Shown here in pieces: positions 11,571 through 22,289 of a stretch of DNA of 64,000 bases. The notes under the pieces are model-generated. The model searched no databases. It was not told where the DNA came from and saw only the letters and a list, made by a program, of their open reading frames with translations. Position 1 is the first letter of the stretch. Each line of letters opens with the position of its first letter. A program made the position numbers and the translations under genes. Origin of the DNA: Rebecca billardiae RCC1528 (Eukaryota; Protista; Haptophyta); the NCBI GenBank assembly GCA_965240325.2, contig OZ251228.1, positions 2,232,001-2,296,000 on the forward strand. The letters run 5' to 3'.

Positions 11571-12148
11571 GATGGCGGCGCGGGGCAGCGGACACAGCCT
11601 ACTTACTGCTGCCTGCTCGTCGCCTCGTCAGCTTGAGCTGGAACGATGATTCTCGGGACGATGAGTCGATGTCGATGCTGATGGGCGCGCGCGTTGCCTG
11701 ACCGGCTCTCCTCTCATCACACTCTTCTGTCAGGCTGCGTGATCGGTCTGATTGCTCTACCTACACGTGAGAATGTGCATCTCTCTGGCAGTGGCCAGTG
11801 AGCTGACCTGATTCGGGTCCGAGTCAGCCGCTGGCGGCCGTGCGCTGCGCCGTAGTTCCGGTGATCGGGCGGGCCGCCGGGCCGCGCAGCCACGCCCACC
11901 CCACACAGTGAAGTACGGTCTGTACAAGTAAAGTAGTATGATACAATCATTCAAGCAGCACGATGAACCAACGGCGGACGATTGTCTGTTGCGATTTGCG
12001 ATGATGAACCAACCAGCCGAGCGACCGACGACGCCTTCCGAACGTCATTTCAAAAAAGCAGCAGCCGCCAGCCACGGCGGCTCTAGCCAGCTGCCTGCCC
12101 AGCTCCAACGCGACACAGCCAGATCGAGACCCGACGGGCGTCGAGGCC

Positions 12149-15100
12149 ATGGCCTCGCTCGCCGTGTGGCTGTCGCTGGCCGCGGCCGGCGACGGGGCCA
12201 CCCACGGCTTTGGCGCGAGCGCGCGCCTGGCCTCGTGCCTGGCATCGTCGCGGGACGACGCCCGCCCGCTCTTCGACGTGGGCTGCGCGACCAACGCCCT
12301 CGGCGGCCGCGGCGAGGCGGACGGCCTGGAGCAGTCTGCGCGCTTTGCCGCGCTCGTGCAGGCGGCGCCCTCGGCACTCTCGCCGGCGGCGCACGCGGAC
12401 GGATGGTGCGTACGACCGTTCCGCCCGCGTGCCGTCCGGTCGCCCGCGCCGCATCTCCGCGCCCTCCCCCGGCCCGTCCCCCCCCCCGCCCCCTGCGCGC
12501 GGCGTGAGCTTCTGCGCGCGAGCCGCGGCTGCTGCTGACTTGCGCGCTCGCTGCGGCGCGCCGCGCTCGGCCGCGCGCGCGCAGGCTGGCCCCACTCGGC
12601 GCGGTCGTGCACCTGGCCTTCGCCATGAACACATCCGCGGCGGACGATCTGCTCAGCCGCGCGCACCGCCACACGCGCGCGAGCGCGGCCGCCGGTTGCC
12701 ACTGGCTCGGCCTGTTGCTCTGCCCGCTGCGGCTGCGAGCGGCGAGCGGGGCGTGGCGGCGCGCGGCGCGCACGGTGCAGCCGGATGTGCAGCTAATGCT
12801 CGCGCTGGATGGGCTCGCGCACGAGCTCCTGGCCTCGCCCGCCGAGCGCGGGCACGCGCGCTCGCCGCCCGAGCCGGCCGCTGCGTTGACGGGTGAGCTG
12901 AGTGCAGCCGACGAGGCGGCGGCGGCGGCGGAGGAGCAGGAGGCGGCGGCGGCGTGCGCGCACGGCGCGGCAGCGACGGCTCGCGCCGTGCTCGCCGCGG
13001 CGGCGCACGACCGCGAGCGCGTGCGCGGCGCGCTGCACACGTGCGCGCACAGCGCGCACGCGGCGCACGCGGCCGTCGAGCTCGCGCGGCGCGCGGCGCT
13101 CAACGCGTCGCTGCTCAGCGCGCAGGCGTACGGGCAGGCGGCGGAGGTGCTCGCGGGCGCGACGGCGCAGGCGCGGGCCGTCGCGGCGCTCGCGTCCCTC
13201 GCGCCCGAGCCGGGCGCCGACGCCGGCCGCGCGGGCGCCGAGGCGGGCGAGATTGCGACGCGCGCGCTGCGGCTGAGCGCGCGCTGGGCGGCGCTGCACA
13301 GCCGAGCGCGCCGCGCGGCTGTGGTCGCGCTCGCGCTGGCGGCGTGCGCGCTCGCGGGCGTGGGCTGCGCGGCGGCGCGGCAGGTGCGCCGCGCGCGCGC
13401 CGCGGCGCGCGCCGCGCTCGCCGACGCCGACGCCACCGCGGCGGACGCGGACGAGCGCGCCCGGTGCGACGAGCAATCCCTGCAGGCTGCATCCCTCGCG
13501 CTGTCGCGCGCCGAGGGTGCACTCGCGTCCGCACTGGCGGAGGCGGACGAGGCGCGCGCGGCGGCGCAGGAGGCGGCGGAGGCGGCGGCGGGGGACCGCG
13601 CCGCGGCCGCCGCAGCCGCAGCCGAGCTCGAGCGCACGCGCGCGCAGCACGAGCTCTCGGCGTGGCGCGCGCGCGACGCGCTCACGGGCGAGTCGACGCG
13701 CGCGCGCGACGCGCGGCTTGCGGAGGCGCGCGCGGCGCGCGCGGCGGAGGAGGCGGCGGAGGAGGCGGCGAGCGCGCGCGCGCGCGCGGCGGAGGCGTGC
13801 TCGCGCGTGAGCGCGCTGCTCGACGCGTCCGCGCGGCGCGAGGCCGACGCCGACGCCGCCTCCGCGCGCGCGGCCGTCGAGCGCGCGATGCTGCGCGCCG
13901 AGGTTGCGGCCGCGGAGCGCGCGGCGCAGGGCGACCGCTCGGACACGGGGCTGGCGGCCGAGGCGGCGGGCACGCGGGCGAGCGCGGCGCAGGCGGCGGC
14001 GAGCGCGCGCGCCGCGCGCGCGGCGGCGTTCGAGATCCGCCGCGCCATCGCGCACGCCGGCGCCGCCGACGGCGAGCTCGGCGCGCAGCTCGAGAGCGCG
14101 CGGCGCGGCGCGGCCGCGGCCGCGAGCGCCGCGGCCGAGGCGCAGGCGGCAGCCGACTCGCTCGCGGCTGAGGAGGAGCTGGAGGCGGACATGCCGCCGT
14201 CGTCGTTGCCGGAGCGCGAGCGGCGGCAGCACGCGGCGGAGCGCGCGAGCCTCGCCGCGCGCGTCGCGTCCGCGGACCAGCGCGCCGCCGCCGCCGAGCT
14301 CGGCGCCGCCGAGGCCTCGGCCGCGTGCGCGTGCGCGTGCGCCGAGCTCGAGCGCGCGCGCGAACGCCACTACCTGTCGGCGCAGCGCACCGCCGCGCAG
14401 CTGGGCATGCTCAGGCGGCAGTACGCGCAGCAGTCGGCGGAGATGGCGGCGGCGCGCACGGGGTACACGCACGCGCGCGAGGCGTCCGCCGCCGAGCTCC
14501 TCGCCGTGCGCCGCCAGCTCGAGACCGAGCGGCACGCGTCGAGCAACGAGCGCACGCGCGGCCACGTCGCACTGCTGCGCGCGCACGCGGCGCGCGCGCG
14601 CGCGGAGGCGGAGGGGGACCTGCTCGCGGCCGAGCTGGCGGGCGCGGAGGCGGCGGCGGGCGGCGGCGCGGCGCGTCGCGGCTCGCCGAGCGCCGCCGCC
14701 GAGGCGCCAACGCCCGCCGCCGCGCCGCGCACGCCGCGCGCGCGCGCCACCCCGGCAGAGGCGGCGGGCTCGGCCGCGCTCGCCACCGAGCTGCGCGCGG
14801 CCGAGCTCGCCACCGACGCGGCGCGCGCGCACGCGGCCGACGCGGAGCGCGCGATGGCGCGGCTGCGGCGCGACGTGCAGCGGCAGGTGGACTCGATCGC
14901 GCGCAAGCTGGACGAGGCGGCCGCCGCGTCGAGTGCGCAGCTCGAGCGCAAGACGCGCCAGCTCGCGGACGCGGAGGCGGCGCTCGCGCACGCCAAGGCG
15001 GAGTCGGGGCGGCGCGCGCTGCGGCTTGCGGCGCTCGAGGCAGAGGTGCACGCACTGCGCGCGGGCGAGGCGGCGGGCGCGGGCGCGGGCGCGGGGGCGC

Positions 15101-15438
15101 GCCGGCTCAAGTCGCCCGGCGCCTCGCGCCTCGCCACGACGCCCAACGCGCTCACGGCGAGCGGCAACCCGTCCTCCGCCTCCACCTCCGCCTCCTCCTC
15201 GGTCGGACGGCTCGAGCGCAGCGCCACGCCGCGCGCGCTCGGCGCGGGCGCGGGCGCGGGCGCGACGCCGCTCGCGACGAGCCCGGAGCCGCGCGCGCCC
15301 GCGCCGGGCGGCGGCGCACACGCTGGGACGTACGCGCCCGCCACGGACGTGGCCCACGGCGCGAGCGAGGAGCTGTCGACGGCGGTGCAGGCCGCGTTCG
15401 CCGGCGGCGGCGCCAGCCGCAGCGCAGCCACCGAATGA
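12149..15438 (+). CDS. Ala-rich coiled-coil protein with putative signal peptide and one TM segment; intron 12406-12584
   Basis: ORF 12149 (MASLAVWLSLAAA) is joined in frame to the 943-aa ORF by a GTGCGT..GCAG intron. Long Ala/Glu/Arg helical stretch after AAVVALALAACALAGVGC. Confidence 0.65.
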
Positions 15439-15689
15439 TGATGACGATCGTCGGACCCGCGGACCGAAGTCAGGATCATACGATCCAGTCACTCAGTCAC
15501 TGATGCCCCGCCATATGGCCAAATGAATGATGAGTGATGACGAGCAGTCTTCATCGCGCCGTGCTATACTTCATCGTCATCGTCGCTGTCTTCTCACTTC
15601 AGAGTGCCGCCGGCGGCGCGGCCCGGCAGCCGGCCCGCGCGTTCTGACAGTGCTGCTGGTACGTTTCAGTTATCGCGTCAGTAACGCTA

Positions 15690-15693
<4 letters not shown>

Positions 15694-15761
<68 letters not shown>
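15694..15761. repeat. (TA)34 microsatellite
   Basis: Perfect dinucleotide run. Confidence 0.98.
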
Positions 15762-15762
<1 letters not shown>

Positions 15763-16572
15763 TGCTAACTGCTAGTTCAGCGCTGGTTCAGGTTGCCGTC
15801 CGACTAGAGTCTATAGCAGACGACTGTCGTATATACTGTAGACAGCACTCGTCACAGACACCTAGACACGACTAATACTACATTCCCGAGCAGCATATAT
15901 CAGACTCAGTGATGATGACTCGTCATCACTATGAGACACTATCACGCAGTCATCACACTAGCTGGTAACACTACTATTCACTGCTGCTAACAGCAGATTA
16001 TTACAGCAGCATGACTAGCGCCAGGCCCAGCGGCACGACTCGGCCACGTGCCCCCCGGCGGATCGGCGTGCGGCGGCGCCCACTCCTCAGCTCGCGCCGT
16101 CACTAGCTACTGCTCATCACACTGCTAGTGCGGGCGCGGCAGCACAGTCACCGCCCGCGGTCAGTCGTCGGCAGCGCAACTGATGTCAGTCAGTAACTAG
16201 TAGGCTAGCAGTAAGTGACGAGTAGCTATAGATAGCAGTGCAGTCGTAAGCGGCTCGGCAGCAGAGATTGCAGAGAATCTTGTCACCGTGGAGCTCACGA
16301 CACATCGTCAGTACAGCGCACTGGCGCCATCATCAATATAGTACATCACTACTCTGAGACACAGGCTCACAGCGCACTCGGCATAGCACGGACTGATGCC
16401 GTGATGGCAGCGGCCCCTCGTGGCGCACGTGTCCACGAGGCAGCTGCAATGATGAACGCGTAAAGTCTAAAGAGAGCAGCGGCGAGCACTCGCACACGCC
16501 GCGCGCGCAAGACTGCGCGTGAGAGCCGCGTGAGCACCGCAGTCCGCATCCGCCACGGGCCTGGCCGCTCGC

Positions 16573-17972
16573 TTAGGGCGGCCGACAGCGCAGGGGCAGC
16601 AGCAGCTGCGCCACGCACTGCGGCGCTCGCGCTCTGCCATCGTAGCCCACGCCCAGGCCGAGCGCGCCCGACTGTGTGCCGCATGCGTGCACGCCGCCGT
16701 CCGCTGTGACGTAGAGGGCGTGGCGATCGCCAAGTGAGCAGTCGCGCACGCGCACATGCGCGAGGCCCGCCATCCTCTCGGGCAGCGTGGGATCCACGTG
16801 GCCCCCCAGCCCCAGCTGGGTGTAGAAGTAGTTCCCAAACGCCTGCACGCTGCCGTCCGCGCACATCACCGCGCTGGTGCTACAGCCCGTGCAGGCGCGC
16901 ACGGCACGCATGCCGCCCAGTGCTTCGATGCGCGTGGGCAACCAGCGACCCGTCCGGTCCCCGTGGCCGAGCGAGCCGCAACCACAGCTTCCGAAGGAGT
17001 GCACGCCGCCGGCAGCGTCCACCACCAGGCTGTGGGTGATGCCAGCGCTCACGTGCACTGCGTGCACGCCCGCGAGCGCCTCGATGCGCCGCGGCGTGTG
17101 CTGCCGCTGCTCGTCACCGTGGCCAAGGCGGCCGTACCAGCCGTGACCGCACGAGTACACCGCACCGCACGCCGAGAGCAGCAGCGTGTGACAGCCGCCC
17201 GCGGCCACGCCGCCCACGCGCACGCCGTCCAGCGCCTCGATGCGCGTCGGCTCCAGCCGCTGCTCCGTGTCGGCGTGGCCGAGCTGGCCGCGCTCGTTGC
17301 CGCCCCAGCTGTACGCCGCGCCAGCAGCCGTGAGCGCAAGGTTGTGATAACCGCCAGCGCTTATACCGATGACGAGCTCCGCGCCCAGCGCCGCCACAAG
17401 CACGAACGCCCGTCGCTCCGCCTTGTCGCCCACGCCCAGTTGGCCGTGGTTGTTGCTGCCGCACGCGTACACGGCGCCCGCCTCGCTCAGCGCGAGCAGG
17501 CGCTCGCTGCCGGCAGCCACTGCACGCACGCGCACCGCCTCCAGCGAGCTCACGCGCGTCGGCACGAGCACGGGCGTCTCCATGCTGAGCTCGGGATGGC
17601 CCAGCGGTGCGCCGCATGTGTGCACGCCGCCGTCCGCGGCAACAAAAGCGGTCATCAAGAAGGGTGTTGCGCCGGTCGAGACAGCGTGCGCGTGCGCGTG
17701 CGCGAGCTCGAGCATGCGCTCGCGCACCAGCAGCTCCTCCGCCCACGTTGACCCGCCCGTGGGAAGGGCCGCCGGCAGCGCGGACTCGTGCCCGCGCTCG
17801 CGCGCGCGCTCGCGCAGCGCGTGCTCAAGCGTCGCGCCGCGGAAGAGGCGAGCGGCGGCATTCGCGGCGACGAGGTCGCGCACGACATCGAGGTGGATGA
17901 GGATGCGCGCGATCAGCTCGGGCGGCAGGCCGGTGAGCGCGCCTTAGTGCTCGCGCGCATCGTCGGCGCCAT
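16573..17972 (-). CDS. F-box + RCC1-repeat protein, 5' end frameshifted or unresolved
   Basis: About six RCC1 repeats (VYACGSNNHGQLGVG, AYSWGGNERGQLGH, VYSCGHGWYGRLGHG). In-frame upstream LTGLPPELIARILIHLD is F-box-like but is preceded by TAA at 17944-17946. The nearest ATGs (17960, 17972) are out of frame. Confidence 0.8.
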
Positions 17973-17977
17973 GCTGC

Positions 17978-19774
17978 ATGCCCACGCCGCCGGGCTGGCG
18001 GACGAACGGCTCCTACCTCGCGCAGCAAAGCGGACACGGACCGGGGCCATACATGGCGGCTCCCACGACGGCGACGCCGGCGGTCTCCCAAGGCCCTGGC
18101 AAGGGCCTTGGGAGGGCGTGGCACGAGTGCGGGATCTGCGGGCGCTTCTACATCCTCCGCGTGCGCACATGCGCCTCCTGCGGCTACGGCTGCTGCTCCT
18201 CGTGCATCCGCGGCGCGTCGTCGCGCTCGTGCTGGCTGTGCGTGCTCGAGAGCTCGGCGCCGCCCCCGGCGCCCGCCGGCGGCCCCGCGCCCGTGCGCGC
18301 GAGTAGCTTCGTCGTGCTCGGGGCCGGTATCGTCGGTACCTTCTGCGCGCTCCTCCTCGCGCGCCGCGGCTTCCGCGTGCACGTGTACGAGCGCGAGCCG
18401 GCGTCGGCGCTCACCTGGCCGGGCTTTCTGGTGCTCAATCAGCAGGGCGTGCGGCTGGTGGCGGAGGCGGGCCTGCTGCCCGCCGTGCTCGCGGAGGGGC
18501 ACGCCGTGCGCCGGAGCACCTTCTGGAACGCGCGGGGCACGCGCGAGATCCTGCGCTACGACATCCCCGCCGAGGGCGCGCGGTACGGGCTGCCAGGCTT
18601 CTTCGTGACGTGCCACCGGCGCGCGCTGCTGTCCACGCTGCGCGCCGCGGCCGAGGCGGCGGGCGCGAGGCTGCACTATGGCGCCGAGGCGGTGGAGATC
18701 GCGCAGCCCGCGGGCGGCGGGGTGGAGGTGGGCTTCGCCTCGGGCGCGCGCGCCTCGGCGGACTTCCTGGTCGCGGCGGATGGCGCGCACTCGGCCGCGC
18801 GCGCGCTGCTCTTTGAGCCCCAGCCGCACGCGCACGCGGCGGCGCGCGCCAGCGCGGCGCGCGCGGACGGTGGGCCGGCCGCGCCCGCCGCGGCGCCGCC
18901 GGCGCGCAAGCCGCTGCGCAGCACGGGCCACTACGCGCTGAACGGGCGGGCGCGCGGCGTCGAGCTCCCGCCCTCGCTCGCCCCCTCGGACATGGTGGAC
19001 CTCTGGGGCCCGGACGGCTCCTTCCTCATCTTCAGGGTGGGAGCAGCGGACTACTTCTGGGGCTGCCTCAGGCCGGGGGCGCGGCCGAGGCGCGCGGCGG
19101 GCGTGTCGCGCGAGGCGCAGCAGCGGGAGCTGCTCGCCGCGTGCCGCGCGCAGTTCGGCCCTCCGCGGTACCACCCCATTGTCGCGCGGCTCCTCGACGC
19201 CACCGAGCCGCCGTCCGTCATCGCGTTCGAGATGGGCGAGGTGCGGCAGCGCGGAGGCTGGGCGCGCGGCCACGCGCTGCTGCTGGGCGACGCGGCGCAC
19301 GGCATGTGCAACCGGCTGGGCTCGGGCGGCTGCACGGGGCTGGAGGACGCGCAGGCCCTCGCGGAGCTCGTCGAGCTGTGCGTGCGCGCGCGCGCGCGCG
19401 GCCCGGCGGACGAGGCCGCGGCGGTGCGCACGGCGCTCGGCCTCGTGCAGCGGCGGCGCGTGCGGCGCGCGAGGCGCATCCAGCACGAGTCCATGCTGCT
19501 CGCGCGGCTCACCGTGCTGCTCGCGGGACTGCCGCCCGTGCGCGCCTCGCGCGACGCCGCGATGCGCGCGGCGGGGCGCCTGCCCGAGGCGGTGCGCCTC
19601 CCGCTCTTCGACTTCCTGAACAACTACCGCGCCTCCCATGCCATGCGCCTCGTGCAGCACGCCGACGGCGGGGGCGCCGCCGGACGCGCCGCGGCCGATG
19701 GCCTACTCGACAGCGTCGAGCCCCGCGCACGCACACGCTGGGAGGCTCAGAGTCAGGCCAACGCACGCGCGTGA
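17978..19774 (+). CDS. FAD-dependent monooxygenase (FAD_binding_3 class) with N-terminal Cys-rich zinc finger
   Basis: Motifs VLGAGIVG..V.VYER, DFLVAADGAHS and LLLGDAAHGM..GSGGCTGLEDA. N-terminal CxxC..CxxC..CxxC..CxxC. Alternative start at 18053. Confidence 0.88.
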   Translation: MPTPPGWRTNGSYLAQQSGHGPGPYMAAPTTATPAVSQGPGKGLGRAWHECGICGRFYILRVRTCASCGYGCCSSCIRGASSRSCWLCVLESSAPPPAPAGGPAPVRASSFVVLGAGIVGTFCALLLARRGFRVHVYEREPASALTWPGFLVLNQQGVRLVAEAGLLPAVLAEGHAVRRSTFWNARGTREILRYDIPAEGARYGLPGFFVTCHRRALLSTLRAAAEAAGARLHYGAEAVEIAQPAGGGVEVGFASGARASADFLVAADGAHSAARALLFEPQPHAHAAARASAARADGGPAAPAAAPPARKPLRSTGHYALNGRARGVELPPSLAPSDMVDLWGPDGSFLIFRVGAADYFWGCLRPGARPRRAAGVSREAQQRELLAACRAQFGPPRYHPIVARLLDATEPPSVIAFEMGEVRQRGGWARGHALLLGDAAHGMCNRLGSGGCTGLEDAQALAELVELCVRARARGPADEAAAVRTALGLVQRRRVRRARRIQHESMLLARLTVLLAGLPPVRASRDAAMRAAGRLPEAVRLPLFDFLNNYRASHAMRLVQHADGGGAAGRAAADGLLDSVEPRARTRWEAQSQANARA

Positions 19775-19919
19775 CAGTGAGAGTTATATATCAGAGTAGT
19801 GTGAGACACCGAGACCGAGACACGCCGGGCCGGTGCGGCTGTAGCTATACAGTATGGGCGGGCGAATTCATGATGAAAACAATCGCGCGATAGAGAGAGA
19901 GAGGTCATATTACCGCGGG

Positions 19920-20828
19920 CTAGGTCCAGCATGCGCGGCACGGCGGCTTGCCGTCCAACGCTTCCCAGCTGATGTTGACGCCGTCGGCGCAGCCGGGCGG
20001 CGCACACGGGTGTTTTTTTGGTTTTTCACGGCGCACGTAGGGCAACACATACTGCATCAGCACCGTCTGGACCGACATGCCCGAGCGCGCAAGGTAGTCG
20101 GCGAGCACAGCCTCAGCGTCCTCGCGGTATGCAGCACCCAGGTGTTGGCGCAGCCTGGTGGGCCGCAGCCCGTCGCGGAAAGTCAGGAGCCCAAAGTAGG
20201 TGTTCATCGCGCCGCGGTGGCCACCCAGTATCTGATCGTTCACGTGGTACGGCCACACACGCAGCCTCAGCCTGCCCGCGTGGGGTCGCTCGTTCCACCA
20301 GTTATTTTGGTTTGCCTCAGACGCAGGCACGCACAGCTTTTCGTTCGGAAGCCTCTCCAGCCACTCGGGCTTGAGGACATGCCCGGGCCGGTACACCAGA
20401 TCGATGCGGGCTTTCACGAGGAAGTCGCGCACTCTAGGCTGTGGCTGTGCCGAGCGCTCCCACTCGATGAGCGCGTCGTACGCGGCTCGCAGGTGTGCAT
20501 ACTGCGCATAGTAGCGCGACTCGCAGTAAGGGTGGCGGCAGATACGGTGGTCGAAGCGCGATGCGTTGAGTGCCACCGTGATAGCCCGCTCGCGCACGAC
20601 GACAGCCTCGAGCCCTGCGGCCGCCGCACGCGCATCGTCGAATGCGTGCAGCCAGACCGCAGTCTCGTTCGGCTCGGCCGCGACAACGAGTGCGCACGCG
20701 AAGCGTGCCGATAGAGGGGCGAGAATGTGCTCGGCGAGCTCGCCCGGAAAGTCAATGCTCACTGGCGACACGTTTGGAGCGCGGTGCAGGAACGGGCCGG
20801 CGAGCAGCACCGCGACCGCCTTCGACAT
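19920..20828 (-). CDS. Hypothetical protein, possibly glycosyltransferase-like (copy 1)
   Basis: Intact ORF, duplicated at 28092-28964. Motifs KAVAVLLAG, DFLVKARIDLVY and NDQILGG resemble uncharacterised GT-like families. Confidence 0.7.
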   Translation of the reverse strand: MSKAVAVLLAGPFLHRAPNVSPVSIDFPGELAEHILAPLSARFACALVVAAEPNETAVWLHAFDDARAAAAGLEAVVVRERAITVALNASRFDHRICRHPYCESRYYAQYAHLRAAYDALIEWERSAQPQPRVRDFLVKARIDLVYRPGHVLKPEWLERLPNEKLCVPASEANQNNWWNERPHAGRLRLRVWPYHVNDQILGGHRGAMNTYFGLLTFRDGLRPTRLRQHLGAAYREDAEAVLADYLARSGMSVQTVLMQYVLPYVRREKPKKHPCAPPGCADGVNISWEALDGKPPCRACWT

Positions 20829-21785
20829 TACGGAAGGCTGGGTCTCGTCGAAAATCACGCGCTATTATGGGGGTACAACGCACTATAATTAAGAATAAGA
20901 GACGCACACAGCTCACGCAGGCGAGATACGCGAAAGCCGCCGCGCTCCCATTGCATGATGGCCGAATCGACTATGGGGCAAGGGCCCTTGTATGGCCAGG
21001 GGTATTGTGCACGTTAAATCATAGTAAACTGTATCGGTTCTTGAACCAGCATGCACAGGTTCAAGGTACTGCTAGATAATCTGCCCTGACGCTTTAGCTT
21101 GCGAACCAAGCCCCCCAAACGGGATGGCGAGCACTGGGCGACGAGAGGGCCCGCCTGCGCAGCGCTCCCAAGGCCGCATGCGGGCGTGACAGCCGTCCGC
21201 GGGCGCTTTGTGGGGGCAAGAAGACCCGTAGGCAGCAATCGCGCCGCCTCGTCGACGCCCTCGCCGCCCTCTCCGCGCGCAGAGACCTGCCGAATGGCAA
21301 GCGCAGTTCTGAAGAAGGCCTGTCCGACGAGCGTGATAGGCACGCGTGCGCCCCTGGGGCATCCAAAGGTCGCGCGGCTTTTTCGCTTCTGCGAGATGGG
21401 TATGGGTGTACTCAACATCACTGCTTCGCCGGCCGCCATGCCGACATCGATCAGACCGCACACACGCGCGCGACAGCTGGCAGGCCAACATCCGGTTGTG
21501 AATGGCGGCGCGCGTGATCACAAGGCTGTCGACGAGGAGACCGCAGTGCGAGCAAAAGTAGGGCGCGCAAGACATGCATCTCGGTCGTGAGGCGTGCATG
21601 AGCCGCGAGCACGGGCACGACTTGCACGACAAAGCCAGTCATGCGCCTCGACGCGCACGCGCCGCGGCGGCCCGACGAGCAGGGCGTGCGCAGGCTGGCC
21701 TTCTTGGCGGCGGCTGTCCGGGAGTGCCCGCGCACGCGCAAACTGTATTCAAAAAGCTCCCGGATGGCACAGGGGGTATACTCCC

Positions 21786-22203
21786 GCAGGCCCTCGCGGA
21801 GCTCGTCGAGCTGTGCGTGCGCGCGCGCGCGCGCGGCCCGGCGGACGAGGCCGTGGCGGTGCGCACGGCGCTCGCCCTCGTGCAGCGGCGGCGCGTGCGG
21901 CGCGCGAGGCGCATCCAGCACGAGTCCATGCTGCTCGCGCGGCTCACCGTGCTGCTCGCGGGACTGCCGCCCGTGCGCGCCTCGCGCGACGCCGCGATGC
22001 GCGCGGCGGGGCGCCTGCCCGAGGCGGTGCGCCTCCCGCTCTTCGACTTCCTGAACAACTCCCGCGCCTCCCATGCCATGCGCCTCGTGCAGCACGCGGA
22101 CGGCGGGGGCGCCGCCGGACGCGCCGCGGCTGATGGCCTACTCGACAGCGTCGAGCCCCGCTCACGCTGGGAGGCTCAGAGTCAGGCCAACGCACGCGCG
22201 TGA
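21786..22203 (+). pseudogene. 5'-truncated duplicate of the monooxygenase 3' end (19351-19774)
   Basis: Near-identical sequence from GCAGGCCCTCGCGGAGCTCG to the stop codon. All FAD motifs are missing. Confidence 0.92.
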
Positions 22204-22289
22204 CAGTGAGACACGCGGCCGGTGCGCGGCGCGGTACAGTATATGGGGCATGGCATGGGCGGGTCGCACGACGAATTCACAGACACTGA

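Noticed and set aside
10882-11701. C-terminus of the 717-aa ORF as real protein
   Set aside because: It is read-through of an intron; the conserved CAS1 sequence continues in the 11019-11570 frame.
21014-21785. Cys-rich short ORFs as a gene
   Set aside because: No consistent frame, codon bias or recognisable motif; at most a decayed fragment.
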